From an uncultured Candidatus Saccharibacteria bacterium (GTDB lineage Bacteria > Patescibacteriota > Minisyncoccia > Phycocordibacterales > UBA9973): 46,805 bases of DNA. Location: the NCBI GenBank assembly GCA_964533145.1, contig CAZHLG010000002.1, forward strand, positions 1 to 46,805. Reading direction: 5' to 3'. The notes under the pieces are model-generated. The model saw only the letters and a list, made by a program, of their open reading frames with translations, was not told the origin of the DNA and did not search any database. The position numbers were made by a program, and so were the translations under genes. This document shows, in pieces, positions 24,385 through 33,908 of the stretch (positions are counted from its first letter, which is position 1; every line of letters begins with the position of its first letter).

Positions 24385-27132
24385 CTACTGCGCGGCGCGG
24401 TAACGGGCCATGATCTCCTCTTCCACGTCGGCGCGGTCGCGGCCGAATTTGAGGTACGAAAGTTCTTTGATCTTCTCCACCACGTCCGCATTGCCGCGCG
24501 GCGGGAACGGCGTATGGCTGTTGAACGGCTTCACAGGCATGCCGCCGGCGAGCATCTTCACGTAACAGTTGAGGTTCTCGAGCTTGAGGATATCCTGCGC
24601 GGAGAAGGACGGTTCGAGCTGCTTGGCGAAGACTTCTGCGTTCTCCGGCGAGACGCGATGGATTGCCATCGAGCCGACGTTGCCGAAGACGGCGTTGCGG
24701 ATTCCCTCTTCGAGCTGCTCCACGTACTGATGCGCGACCGTGAGCGAGAGGCGGTATTTGCGGGCCTCGGACAGGATCGAAGCGATCGACGGCGTGGTGA
24801 CGTTCTGGAATTCGTCGATGTACAGATAAAAGTCGTTGAGCGGCTGCCCGAACATATCCACACGGCTGAGCGCGGCCATCTGGATCTTGCCGACCAGAAT
24901 GAGGCCGATCAGGTTGGCATTGATGTCCCCGAGCCTGCCCTTGGCGAGATTGACGAGCAGGATCTTCTTCTCGTCCATGATCTTGCGGAAATTGAATACG
25001 GATTCCTGCTGAGCGATGACCGGACGCATGATGTCGTTCGAGACGAAGACGTCGAACTTGTTGGTCACGTACGGCACGAAGTTGGCGAGCGACTGCTCGC
25101 CCGTGGTCTTCTCGGCGTTCTCCCAGAACTGCTTGATGATCGGATTCTTGCAGCGCGAGAGTTTGAGGTCGCGGAACGATTTGTCGGCGAGCACGCGGCC
25201 GATCTCGAGCAGCGTCGAGCCCGAGGCCGGGTCTTCCATGACGAGCAGGGCCGAGTTGCGGAAATACTGCTCGAAAGCCGGGCCGCCGGCCGTCTTCATG
25301 TCGAAGAGCTTGTTGAAGATGGCGAGCAGTTCGTTGACCACGAACGTCTTCTGTTCCGGGAAGCGCTCGTCATATTCGAGCATGTTCAGGCCCATCGGGC
25401 GCGCAGTGTACGCGGGATCGAAATAAATCACATCGTCGAGACGCTCACGCGGGATATTGGCCAGGATATCCTGGATGTCGGTGCCGTGCGGATCGATGAA
25501 GCAGCAGCCGTCGCCGTTCTTGATGTCCTGGATGATCATGTTCTTCAGGAACACGGTCTTACCGGTGCCGGTCTGGCCGATGACGTAGAAATGGCGCATG
25601 CGGTCCTCGCGCGACATGCGGACCTCCTTGCGCTCGCCGCGGTACTCGTTGTAGCCGAGCAGGATGCCATCCTGCTTCGATACGAGCTCCTGCGGCAGCG
25701 GCGCGACGGCGGCCTGGGCCTGCTTGAGCTGGGAGATTTTTGAAATGCCCGACGGAAAATGAAACACGGTCGAAAGCTCCTTGAGATTGAGCGGCAGGGC
25801 TTGGCTTTCGGAGAAAAGCCGGTACGAGAACTCGCGCAGGAACTCATGCAGCGCCGCGCCTTCGGCGCGGCGCCACGCGAACCCGTTCCGCCCGGCTTCC
25901 GTGAACTGATTGAACGATGATTCGATCTCGCCGAGTATGGCCTTCGAGCGCTCTCGCGTCGCGCCGGAAGCCACGATGCGGATATTCGCGGCGACAAGCG
26001 TGCTCGTGAGCTTTTCGGAGATATGCGCGACGGCCTTTTCGTTCGGCTTGCCATCGTTCAAAGCCTTTTGCGGCGTCCCGGTAAACAGCTCGGCTCCCGC
26101 CTTGAGAAACTCGAGTCCGATCTGCCGGCCCGTGCTCTGCGCCGTTTTGACCGAATAGCCGGCCTTCACGTTGTCGAGCACGCGCTTGATGCGGTGCGTC
26201 AGCGCGTCGTCTTCCGGACGGAGCACGAACTGCACGGCCGCACCCTCCCCTGTGGCTTTGAGCTTGGAGAACGTGCTGAGGATCACGTTCATCGGATCGT
26301 GATCGAACGATTCATAGGTCTTGATCGGAAACACTTCGGCGTCAGTGAACACTGCGGACGACGCCGCCGCGTCGTCCGCGCCTTCGGCGAAGATATTGTA
26401 GTCGTCGGTCACTTCGGCGAGCTTGGCATCCGGCTGCACGGCAAGGAGCTGCTTTTCGAACAAGTCGGTCTTGCCGTCAGGAACGGCCGCATACACCACA
26501 AACTGCTCGCCCTGGTTCGCAAGCGCGATCTCAAGCGTGAAATGACTCTTGTCGTAATTTTCGCGCCCGTATCCGACGGAATGCATGCCGGCATAGAACT
26601 GCTCCATCATCGAAAGCAGTTCTTTGAGGCTTTTTTCTTTGCCGGGCTCTGTCTCGGGAAGCGCGACCTCGAACAGCCGCATCTTGAGCGCCTTATAGAG
26701 CGGACTCGACTCCTTGAGGCCAGGCAGACTTCCTGCCGTCTGGAGATACTGCACGAGGAAGCGATGAAAATCGTCGTCCACATGCGGATTGTGCATGCTC
26801 TCGGCAAGATTCATGGCGTTCTTGATGCCGCGCTCGAGCAGCACGCCGAGCAGCTCTTCCATGACGGTATCGTGCGGCTCAGGCGAAAGGCGCAGCACGA
26901 AGCCCTCCTGTTCGGCGGTCTCCATGCGCTGCGCCGGATGCAGCGCCGACTCGGTCGGCATCTCCCGATATGCGCGGATGGTCTCATGGGCAAGCTGCTC
27001 CCGGACAGCTTCGGTCGCGCCGCCGCCGAGCTCGCGCTCTTTGTGCGCAAGCTGCTCGCGCAGATACGCGACCTCCTCCTCCGCGGAAGAGAACTGCGGC
27101 ATCGGTTTTGCTTCGAACGATTCCATACGCAT
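24385..27132 (-). CDS. VirD4/TraD/TraG-like (type IV coupling protein-like) P-loop ATPase with a ~480-aa N-terminal region of unknown function
   Basis: 915 aa; Walker A GQTGTGKT; Walker B YLYIDEFQNV; LSEARKYRLSLTVAHQYVEQL (TraG/TraD C-terminal signature). No TM segments are obvious. Stop codon TAG. Confidence 0.75.
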   Translation of the reverse strand: MRMESFEAKPMPQFSSAEEEVAYLREQLAHKERELGGGATEAVREQLAHETIRAYREMPTESALHPAQRMETAEQEGFVLRLSPEPHDTVMEELLGVLLERGIKNAMNLAESMHNPHVDDDFHRFLVQYLQTAGSLPGLKESSPLYKALKMRLFEVALPETEPGKEKSLKELLSMMEQFYAGMHSVGYGRENYDKSHFTLEIALANQGEQFVVYAAVPDGKTDLFEKQLLAVQPDAKLAEVTDDYNIFAEGADDAAASSAVFTDAEVFPIKTYESFDHDPMNVILSTFSKLKATGEGAAVQFVLRPEDDALTHRIKRVLDNVKAGYSVKTAQSTGRQIGLEFLKAGAELFTGTPQKALNDGKPNEKAVAHISEKLTSTLVAANIRIVASGATRERSKAILGEIESSFNQFTEAGRNGFAWRRAEGAALHEFLREFSYRLFSESQALPLNLKELSTVFHFPSGISKISQLKQAQAAVAPLPQELVSKQDGILLGYNEYRGERKEVRMSREDRMRHFYVIGQTGTGKTVFLKNMIIQDIKNGDGCCFIDPHGTDIQDILANIPRERLDDVIYFDPAYTARPMGLNMLEYDERFPEQKTFVVNELLAIFNKLFDMKTAGGPAFEQYFRNSALLVMEDPASGSTLLEIGRVLADKSFRDLKLSRCKNPIIKQFWENAEKTTGEQSLANFVPYVTNKFDVFVSNDIMRPVIAQQESVFNFRKIMDEKKILLVNLAKGRLGDINANLIGLILVGKIQMAALSRVDMFGQPLNDFYLYIDEFQNVTTPSIASILSEARKYRLSLTVAHQYVEQLEEGIRNAVFGNVGSMAIHRVSPENAEVFAKQLEPSFSAQDILKLENLNCYVKMLAGGMPVKPFNSHTPFPPRGNADVVEKIKELSYLKFGRDRADVEEEIMARYRAAQ

Positions 27133-27145
27133 CCAGTATACCCTA

Positions 27146-27535
27146 CTAATGCCCGTCTTTCATGTGATGTACCTGGTAATGCACGAGTTCCTGCAAAGCG
27201 ACGTACGCAAACCGCAAAAATACGGCCGCCCACGCGATCGACATCCAGGAAAGCACTGCGTGGACGACAGCCGAACCGACCACGCCGCCAGGAACGCTCA
27301 CAGCAAGCAATCCGTCAAACGGCCGAAGCATGCACACGGCGGCAAGTGACAGCCAGTACGTGAAGCAAGATCCGCACAGCAGAACTTTATTGTATCCGCC
27401 AAGCGCCGCGCGGATGCCGCGCTCGGCTCGAGGATGGTCGGCAAGCCAGTTGCGCCAGAGCACTGCAGCGCCGGCCACGGCCATAGCCGTAAAAAAGAGC
27501 ACGGTGAGCAGCTGAGAACCCGAGTATATGGTCAT
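27146..27535 (-). CDS. Small membrane protein with a CxxC-x3-W motif (DUF1360-like)
   Basis: 129 aa, 3-4 hydrophobic helices, LLCGSCFTYWLSLAA. It ends 14 nt upstream of the ATPase gene start. Confidence 0.55.
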   Translation of the reverse strand: MTIYSGSQLLTVLFFTAMAVAGAAVLWRNWLADHPRAERGIRAALGGYNKVLLCGSCFTYWLSLAAVCMLRPFDGLLAVSVPGGVVGSAVVHAVLSWMSIAWAAVFLRFAYVALQELVHYQVHHMKDGH

Positions 27536-27582
27536 ACGATTGAAAGCCCTGCGTTCGCAGGGCTTTTGATTAATTGATCAGC

Positions 27583-28365
27583 TTACGGCACCTCGACGCC
27601 GAAAAGCTCCTGCGCCTCTTTGGTTATGGTGTATTCGAACGGAAGCCTGCGATTCAGGATCAGTTCGGATTCCGCGCACAAGTGCGTAAAGAGCGATTGC
27701 GTCGCTTCAGGATGCAGCGCCCGCGGCAGCGGCGCGTTGACCGACCCGGAGACCGCGAGCAGATTGACGAGGCTGCAATTGCAATCGCAATTGTGATTAA
27801 GCACTCTCCCCGTCCGCGTGAATACCGCCGACTGCACGTGCAGCATGAGCGAGTACACTTTGCCAAGCGCATGCAGATGCGTATCGACGACGGCGTAGTG
27901 ATGCGGCAATGCCGCCGCCTCCTTGAGGATGGACCGGCTCTCTTCGGGCGCTTCGCGCGACCCGAGATACGCGAGAGAATCCCACAGCACGCTCGAAACG
28001 CGGTCACCGAACTCGTTCGCGAGGTCCGAGATTGCCGCGAGGAACGCATGCTTCATGCCGGCATGCGGATCTCCGGCAAGCGGCATGAACGGCGCCGCAT
28101 CGAACGGCTGCATGAATCCTTTTGCCAGAGCGGACACGAACGCCCTTGCATTGCCCTGCGCGACCGCGGAATACGGCGTGCCGGCATACGTACGTTCGGT
28201 CCACGCCAGGTGCGCGTATGCGCGGTCGATGATATCCTCATGATCGAACCCTGCGGCAATAAGGTCCTGCCAGGCTTTCGGAAGCACGAGATTCTGTTTG
28301 ACTGCCGCGATGTCAAGCGGCTGGAGCGGCATGCTGATGCCGGCGATTTGGCATGTTTTGCACAT
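27583..28365 (-). CDS. Hypothetical Cys/His-rich protein, divergent from the fur-family gene
   Basis: 260-aa ORF; N-terminal MCKTC and an internal HNCDCNC cluster; no family recognised. Alternative start at ATG 28332. Confidence 0.55.
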   Translation of the reverse strand: MCKTCQIAGISMPLQPLDIAAVKQNLVLPKAWQDLIAAGFDHEDIIDRAYAHLAWTERTYAGTPYSAVAQGNARAFVSALAKGFMQPFDAAPFMPLAGDPHAGMKHAFLAAISDLANEFGDRVSSVLWDSLAYLGSREAPEESRSILKEAAALPHHYAVVDTHLHALGKVYSLMLHVQSAVFTRTGRVLNHNCDCNCSLVNLLAVSGSVNAPLPRALHPEATQSLFTHLCAESELILNRRLPFEYTITKEAQELFGVEVP

Positions 28366-28393
28366 ATGGTATTTTTTTGTACTGGTTCACAAT

Positions 28394-28410
28394 ATGCAAC
28401 TTAGTTGCAT
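28394..28410. promoter_or_regulatory. Palindromic operator candidate 1 (ATGCAA-N5-TTGCAT)
   Basis: ATGCAACTTAGTTGCAT in the divergent intergenic region between 27583..28365 (-) and the fur-family gene (+). Confidence 0.5.
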
Positions 28411-28440
28411 TTATACGACTCTAGCATGCCGCCATAATAA

Positions 28441-28457
28441 ATGCAACTTATTTGCAT
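28441..28457. promoter_or_regulatory. Palindromic operator candidate 2 (ATGCAA-N5-TTGCAT)
   Basis: ATGCAACTTATTTGCAT, 47 bp from copy 1; the two copies are identical at 16 of 17 positions. Confidence 0.5.
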
Positions 28458-28504
28458 TTATTGCCGTTTACGTCCGGCGGCCGGAATGGTAGCATGCTCA
28501 GTAT

Positions 28505-28930
28505 ATGCAGAAACACCCCACTGAAGCGGTCCTCGCGCGCGCCGGGCTTCGGGCGACCGAAACGCGCTCTTCCCTGCTCGAGCTGCTGTCCCGGTCGAAA
28601 CGCCCCCTCTCGGTCAAACTGCTGACAGAGAAACTCGCCGCATGCGGCACCGACCGCGTGACCATCTACCGCACGCTCGAGACATTCATGGAAAAAGGCG
28701 TCGTGCGGCGAGTCGACCGCGGCACGCGCGAAGCCGAGTATGAGCTGGTGGACGAGCACGACCACCATCACCTCATCTGCCTCTCCTGCAAGAAAGTGAG
28801 CGATTTCACCGGCTGCGACGCCGACAATCTCATCAAAAAGGCCCTCAAACAGACTAGTGATTTCAGCTCTGTATCGCACCACTCATTCGACCTCTACGGC
28901 ACATGCCGCGCATGCGCCATCAAACAATGA
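28505..28930 (+). CDS. Fur-family metalloregulator (Fur/Zur/PerR type)
   Basis: 141 aa; winged helix RATETRSSLLELLSRSKRPLSVKLL...DRVTIYRTLETFMEKGVV; HDHHHLICLSCKK...CRAC (two CxxC pairs). Confidence 0.85.
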   Translation: MQKHPTEAVLARAGLRATETRSSLLELLSRSKRPLSVKLLTEKLAACGTDRVTIYRTLETFMEKGVVRRVDRGTREAEYELVDEHDHHHLICLSCKKVSDFTGCDADNLIKKALKQTSDFSSVSHHSFDLYGTCRACAIKQ

Positions 28931-30108
28931 CGCTGCCTGCGCCGATCCGAACACTTGTCCTGACAGCCATGCTCGCCCTCGGAGCGTCATGCCCATTCGG
29001 AGTAACAGCACATGCCAATGCAGCAGAAGTGCTCCAAGATTCCGTCACGACGGTGCGGGCCCGAGTCATCGAAGCGACGGACACGGATGCACTGCCGCTG
29101 CCCGGCACAGACGTCGCGACCTCGCGGCAGACCCTCGTCGCAGAAATACTCAAAGGCCCCCGCACAGGAGAACGTATCACTCTCGAAAATGACTATGTCC
29201 ATCTCGAAGCCGGCGACGCCTTCTTTCTGAGCATCACCGACAGGACGGATGGCGGGCCGACGATCTACCGCATGGAAGAGCCGGACCGCCTGCCCCTGCT
29301 TGCCGGACTCGGCGCGCTGTTTATTCTGCTCGTTTTGGCCGTCGGCGGCATCCAAGGTTTGCGCGGTCTTGCCAGCCTTGCCGGCAGCATGCTGCTCATC
29401 CTCTTTGTCCTGCTGCCGGGCATACTCGGCGGACACTCTCCCGTGCTCGTCTCGATCGGCGTTTCGGCGCTCATCGTCATTCTCGGTTCGTATGTCACCC
29501 ACGGATTCAACCGGACGACATCGGCCGCCGTGCTCGGCATGCTCGCGACCGTCCTTGCCACCGGCGCGCTTGCCTGGGCGGCCGTCCGGCTCGGACGTTT
29601 CGGCGGATACGGATCAGAGGAAGCAGTCTACCTGCAGCTCAACATGCGCGGCGGCATCGACCTGGTCGGCGTGCTGTTCGGCGGCATCATGATCGGCCTG
29701 CTCGGCGCGCTGTATGACGTTGCCATCGGCCAGGCGGTCGCCGTGGACGAGCTGGCCCGCATCGCGCCGCACGTGCATCGCCGCGCCATATGGAAGCGCG
29801 CCATGCGCATCGGCCGCGAGCACATCGGCGCGCTCACCGACACTCTCGCCATCGCATACGTCGGCGCATCGCTGCCGCTGTTCCTTCTTTTTGCCATGCC
29901 GCCGGTCAATGTCCCGATGACCATGAACCGGGAGATTTTCGCAGCGGAGATCGTGCGCATCCTGGCCGGCAGCATCGGTCTTGTACTGGCAGTGCCGATC
30001 ACGACGGCGCTCGCCGCGGCCATGCTCGTCCGACCACACGAGAACGCAACAGAGACAGAACGCCACGCCGAAGAACGTGCGCTTGATGCTGCGCGGCATA
30101 CGCACTAG
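28927..30108 (+). CDS. YibE/F-family membrane protein
   Basis: The start is placed at ATG 28927, overlapping the fur-family stop (ATGA). Signal/anchor, periplasmic beta-rich domain, then about 6 TM helices (GGIQGLRGLASLAGSMLLILFVLLPGIL..., DVAIGQAVAVDEL, typical of YibE/F). Confidence 0.75.
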   Translation: MTLPAPIRTLVLTAMLALGASCPFGVTAHANAAEVLQDSVTTVRARVIEATDTDALPLPGTDVATSRQTLVAEILKGPRTGERITLENDYVHLEAGDAFFLSITDRTDGGPTIYRMEEPDRLPLLAGLGALFILLVLAVGGIQGLRGLASLAGSMLLILFVLLPGILGGHSPVLVSIGVSALIVILGSYVTHGFNRTTSAAVLGMLATVLATGALAWAAVRLGRFGGYGSEEAVYLQLNMRGGIDLVGVLFGGIMIGLLGALYDVAIGQAVAVDELARIAPHVHRRAIWKRAMRIGREHIGALTDTLAIAYVGASLPLFLLFAMPPVNVPMTMNREIFAAEIVRILAGSIGLVLAVPITTALAAAMLVRPHENATETERHAEERALDAARHTH

Positions 30109-30153
30109 CGTCCGCCGATTGACAGCGGCACGCGCGCACGCGACAATGAGTCA

Positions 30154-30504
30154 ATGAGAGACATGCTCCCCCGCGAAGACCGCGCCGCACTCAAAAAACG
30201 CAACGCCCTGCATGCGGCGGAGCTGCACATCGAGCTCGGCAACGCGCCGAAGATAGCCGAATCACTCAAAGACATTCCGACGCTCGAAGCCCTCGAATAC
30301 CTTTTTGAGCAGGCAGAGCGCCATCGCCTGGCGGGCAAGCATGGCAAGGCGGCGAACATCATCGAAGCGGCGAAGCTCGTCGACCGGAAGACCGGCGACA
30401 CCACGCTGCTCGGCATCGCCATCGACGGCGAGGGGAAAAACGAAAAGACGACGCTGCTCGTGCGCCGCCTCACTCCCAAGGAGCTGTTCGAGAATCCGAT
30501 CTAA
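30154..30504 (+). CDS. Hypothetical protein (116 aa)
   Basis: ORF only; helical, charged; no family recognised. Convergent with map. Confidence 0.45.
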   Translation: MRDMLPREDRAALKKRNALHAAELHIELGNAPKIAESLKDIPTLEALEYLFEQAERHRLAGKHGKAANIIEAAKLVDRKTGDTTLLGIAIDGEGKNEKTTLLVRRLTPKELFENPI

Positions 30505-31271
30505 ACTTCGGTCAGGATCTCGTAGCCGGTCTCAGTGACCAGGACCGTGTGCTCGAAATGAGCCGCGCAGGAACCGTCGGCGGTCTTGAGCGTGTAGCCG
30601 TCGCGGCCTTCGGTCACGTCTTCGGAGCCGAGCGTCAGCATCGGCTCGATGGCGATGACCATGCCCGGCACGAGACGCTCGCCCGTGTTCTTGCGGCCGA
30701 AGTTCGGCACGAACGGATCTTCATGGATATGCCGACCCACACCATGGCCGGAGAGCACGCGCACGATGCCGTACTTCCCCGCCTTCTTCACGTATGACTC
30801 AACGGCATGGCCGATATCGCCGACACGGTTCTCCGGAGAGACGGCGGCAATGGCCTGATAGAGCGCCTCGCGCGTGTCGCGGATGAGTTTCTCTTTTTCT
30901 TTGGAAACCGCGCCGACGGCGACAGTGACCGCATGGTCAGTGAAAAGACCCTCGTGCTTGAGGCCGAGATCGAGGGAGACGACGTCGCCCTCCTTAAGGA
31001 TCTTGGCGGCCGTCGGAATGCCGTGCACGACTTCCGAATTCACGGAAACGATGAGCGCAGCCGGATACGCGACCCGGTGACCGGCAGGCTTGTAGCCAAG
31101 GAATGCCGGCTCGTCGCCGAGTTCCTTGATGCGCTTTTGCGCGTACGCATCGAGCTCAAGCGCGGAAACACCGGCCACCGCACGCTCCGAAATCTCGGCA
31201 AGCAGCATGCCGAGCCGTTTCCCGCCCTCGCGGAGCTTCGCTATCTCTTCTGCTGTCTTGATGATGATCAT
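30501..31271 (-). CDS. map: Type I methionine aminopeptidase
   Basis: 256 aa; MIIIKTAEEIAKLREGG...VHGIP...DVVSLDLG...GHGVGRHIHE...IEPM...HFEHTVLVT metal ligands. Confidence 0.95.
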   Translation of the reverse strand: MIIIKTAEEIAKLREGGKRLGMLLAEISERAVAGVSALELDAYAQKRIKELGDEPAFLGYKPAGHRVAYPAALIVSVNSEVVHGIPTAAKILKEGDVVSLDLGLKHEGLFTDHAVTVAVGAVSKEKEKLIRDTREALYQAIAAVSPENRVGDIGHAVESYVKKAGKYGIVRVLSGHGVGRHIHEDPFVPNFGRKNTGERLVPGMVIAIEPMLTLGSEDVTEGRDGYTLKTADGSCAAHFEHTVLVTETGYEILTEV

Positions 31272-31952
31272 TTATGAAATCACGGTGCCCTTGAATGCCC
31301 CGCCATCGAGGTACGATTCGAGGTTGGCAAGGTCTTTGCCGTTCATGATGGCGACGGTGATGCCATGCTCTTCGGCGTACTTCGAGGCGATCGGGTCGAA
31401 CGGCGCGTTGATGCCGCTCGTCCACTCGCTCGGGATGATCTTGCGGTAGTCGGCCCAGCTCGAGCGCTCGATCTTCTCGGCGTCCGGATTGGTGCGCGGA
31501 TCGGCGGTGTACACGTAATCGATGTTCGAGAGGTTGATGATGGTCTTCGCGCCGGTGGCGACGGCCATCTCGATGGCGTCGTAATCGGTGCTCCAGCCCG
31601 GCTTCCAGCCGGCCCCCACGATGATCTTCGCGTCCACTCCTTTGGCATCCGCCGGATCGAGGATGATCTCCCCGTGCGCGTCTTCCTTGAAGAGCAACTT
31701 CACGAGCATGGCATTGGTGCGGGTCGTGGCGATGCCCATCCAGTCGAGATCGACTGTCTCCACGGAGCGGAGCGACTTGAGCGCTTCCTGATAGTAACGG
31801 CACGAACGGCCGCCTCCGGTGATGAGCACGAATGTGTCCCCTGCGCCGACGCGGCGGAGCAGCATGTCGCGAAACGCGCCGAGGAATGCGGTGTCGATGC
31901 CGTCCGGATAGATGAGCGAGCCCCCGAGCGAGATGATGATGCGTTCTTTCAT
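31272..31952 (-). CDS. pyrH: UMP kinase, short archaeal-like type (amino-acid kinase fold)
   Basis: Internal ATG 31952 of ORF 31272..32300: MKERIIISLGGSLIYPDGID...VLITGGGRSCRYYQE...GWKPGWSTDYDA. Its stop abuts the map start codon. Confidence 0.7.
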   Translation of the reverse strand: MKERIIISLGGSLIYPDGIDTAFLGAFRDMLLRRVGAGDTFVLITGGGRSCRYYQEALKSLRSVETVDLDWMGIATTRTNAMLVKLLFKEDAHGEIILDPADAKGVDAKIIVGAGWKPGWSTDYDAIEMAVATGAKTIINLSNIDYVYTADPRTNPDAEKIERSSWADYRKIIPSEWTSGINAPFDPIASKYAEEHGITVAIMNGKDLANLESYLDGGAFKGTVIS

Positions 31953-31953
31953 G

Positions 31954-32550
31954 CTACAGTCCGATTTGGTTACTAATATCCTGATGGATCTCTTCGATGC
32001 TCCGCTCGCCGTCGATATCGAGGAAAACGTAACCGGGGCGGTTGCGGAACCATTCGATCGCCGGAGCGACCTCCGTATCGTACCAGTCGAGGCGGGTCTC
32101 GGCGTTTTCCGGAGTGTCATCATCGCGGCCGCGGGAGAGCATGCGGGCCTTCGAGCTTTCGCGCGAGACATTGAAATTGAGGACGACGATGTTCTCCCGT
32201 CCGTAAAAAGAAAGCAGCGAATCAACCGCGACAGATTCCTCGGCGCGGCGCGGATATCCGTCGATGAAGAGATGTGCCTCCGGGTCATAGCTTTCGACAA
32301 AACCTTTGGCCCACAGCCAGATCGTCAAAAAGAGCGGCTGGAGCTTGCCAGCGGCCGTCAGAGCCTGGGCGCGTTCGCTCGTATACGAATGCTCCGAGAA
32401 AAACGCCCGGAACATGTCTCCGGTGACGGATGCCGTGATGGGACGGGACGGATCGCTCGCGGCGAGCTTTTCGCGGAGCAGCTTGAGCTGCGTGCCCTTG
32501 CCGCAGCCGGAGCGGCCGGCAAAGATGAATGTACGAGGTGTGTGTTGCAT
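31954..32550 (-). CDS. adk: Adenylate kinase (short, lid-less form)
   Basis: Internal ATG 32550: MQHTPRTFIFAGRSGCGKGTQLKLL...FLIDGYPR-like FIDGYPRR...SRGRDDD. Confidence 0.8.
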   Translation of the reverse strand: MQHTPRTFIFAGRSGCGKGTQLKLLREKLAASDPSRPITASVTGDMFRAFFSEHSYTSERAQALTAAGKLQPLFLTIWLWAKGFVESYDPEAHLFIDGYPRRAEESVAVDSLLSFYGRENIVVLNFNVSRESSKARMLSRGRDDDTPENAETRLDWYDTEVAPAIEWFRNRPGYVFLDIDGERSIEEIHQDISNQIGL

Positions 32551-32618
32551 ATGTGTTCCGTAGTGACTATACCATGCCCGGGCTCGCATGAAAAAAGCCC
32601 GCCGAAGCGGGCAATTTC

Positions 32619-33893
32619 CTAATATTCGTGCATCGACACCTGGGCGTCGATCTTCTTGATGAGCTCAAGGATCACCGAAACAACGATGAGGAGCGCCGTA
32701 CCGCCGAGGGCAAGCGACGTGATGCCAGTGATCGCGCGGACGGCGAGCGGCAGGACGGCGATGACGCCGAGGAACAGCGCGCCGACGAGCGTGATGCGGG
32801 TGACGACGGCGCCGAGGTATTGCTCGGTCGCCTGTCCCGGACGGATGCCCGGGATGAACGCGCCGCCCTTTTGGAGGTTCTCGGACATCTGCTTCGGATC
32901 GAACGTCACGGCCGTGTAGAAGTACGTGAACACGAAGACGAAGACGAAGTACAGAATGCCGTAGAGCAGGCTCGTCTGGGAGAAACCCGCGAGCTTCTGG
33001 CCGATCGAGAGCAGCGTGCCGCCATGGGCGAACGAAGTGATGAGGTTGCCGAGGAGCTGCGGAACGAGCAGGATCGAGAGCGCGAAGATGATCGGGATCA
33101 CGCCTGCCTGGTTCACGCGGAGCGGAAGATATGTCGAGACGCCGCCGGTCGTGGAAGTGCCGCGCACCTGGCGGGCGTACGTGACCGGGATCGGCCGCTC
33201 GGCTTCGCTCACGTATACGACGCCGACGATAAGGGCGACGCCGAGCGCGAGGAAGAGCACGTACTGCGGGATCTGCGATACATCGAACGTGAAGAGTGCC
33301 TGGCCGATATGGCTCGGGAGCGCAGCCACGATGCCGGCGAAGATGATGATCGAAACGCCGTTCGAGACGCCGTATTCAGTCATGACCTCGCCGATCCACA
33401 TGAGGAGCATCGAACCGGCGATGGCGACGACCGAACCGAGCACGAAGTCTGCCATTGCGAGGCCCGGGAAGATGCCCTGCTGGCGAAGCAGGAGCAAGAA
33501 GCTCACTGCCTGCAATGCCGCAAGCGGGACCGCAAGGAGGCGCGAGTACTGCGCGTACGTGCGGCGGCCGGCCTCGCCTTCTTCCTGCGAGAGCGCCTTG
33601 AGCGACGGGAACATCATCGCGAGCAGCTGCATGATGATCGACGCGGTGATATACGGACCCACGCCGAGCATGAGGATCGAAAGCGTGGAGAGCCCGCCGC
33701 CCGAGAAGATGTTGAGCACGCCGAAGAACTGGTTGTTCGAGAGGAACTGGGCCAGCCGGGCGGAATCGACGCCCGGAATCGGGATTGCGGAGAGAAGGCG
33801 GAATGCGACCAAGAGGCCGGCCATGATGAGCAGGCGGTTGCGGAGGCCGCGGTCCTTCCATGCGATCTTAAGCTTTCGGACGAAGGTATTCAT
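32619..33893 (-). CDS. secY: Preprotein translocase subunit SecY
   Basis: 424 aa, 10 TM, IPIPGVD...GGGLSTLSILMLGVGPYITASII. Stop codon TAG. Confidence 0.95.
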   Translation of the reverse strand: MNTFVRKLKIAWKDRGLRNRLLIMAGLLVAFRLLSAIPIPGVDSARLAQFLSNNQFFGVLNIFSGGGLSTLSILMLGVGPYITASIIMQLLAMMFPSLKALSQEEGEAGRRTYAQYSRLLAVPLAALQAVSFLLLLRQQGIFPGLAMADFVLGSVVAIAGSMLLMWIGEVMTEYGVSNGVSIIIFAGIVAALPSHIGQALFTFDVSQIPQYVLFLALGVALIVGVVYVSEAERPIPVTYARQVRGTSTTGGVSTYLPLRVNQAGVIPIIFALSILLVPQLLGNLITSFAHGGTLLSIGQKLAGFSQTSLLYGILYFVFVFVFTYFYTAVTFDPKQMSENLQKGGAFIPGIRPGQATEQYLGAVVTRITLVGALFLGVIAVLPLAVRAITGITSLALGGTALLIVVSVILELIKKIDAQVSMHEY

Positions 33894-33908
33894 ATGAGTG
33901 CGGAAGCC

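Noticed and set aside
31272-32300. 342-aa ORF as a single long protein; likewise the long N-terminal extensions of ORFs 35401..36195, 37447..38106, 39597..40190 and 45805..46212
   Set aside because: The extensions overlap the upstream genes in another frame and are Arg/Ser/Ala-rich. Internal ATGs placed just after the upstream stop give canonical N-termini for UMP kinase, L6, Gmk, L24 and S10.
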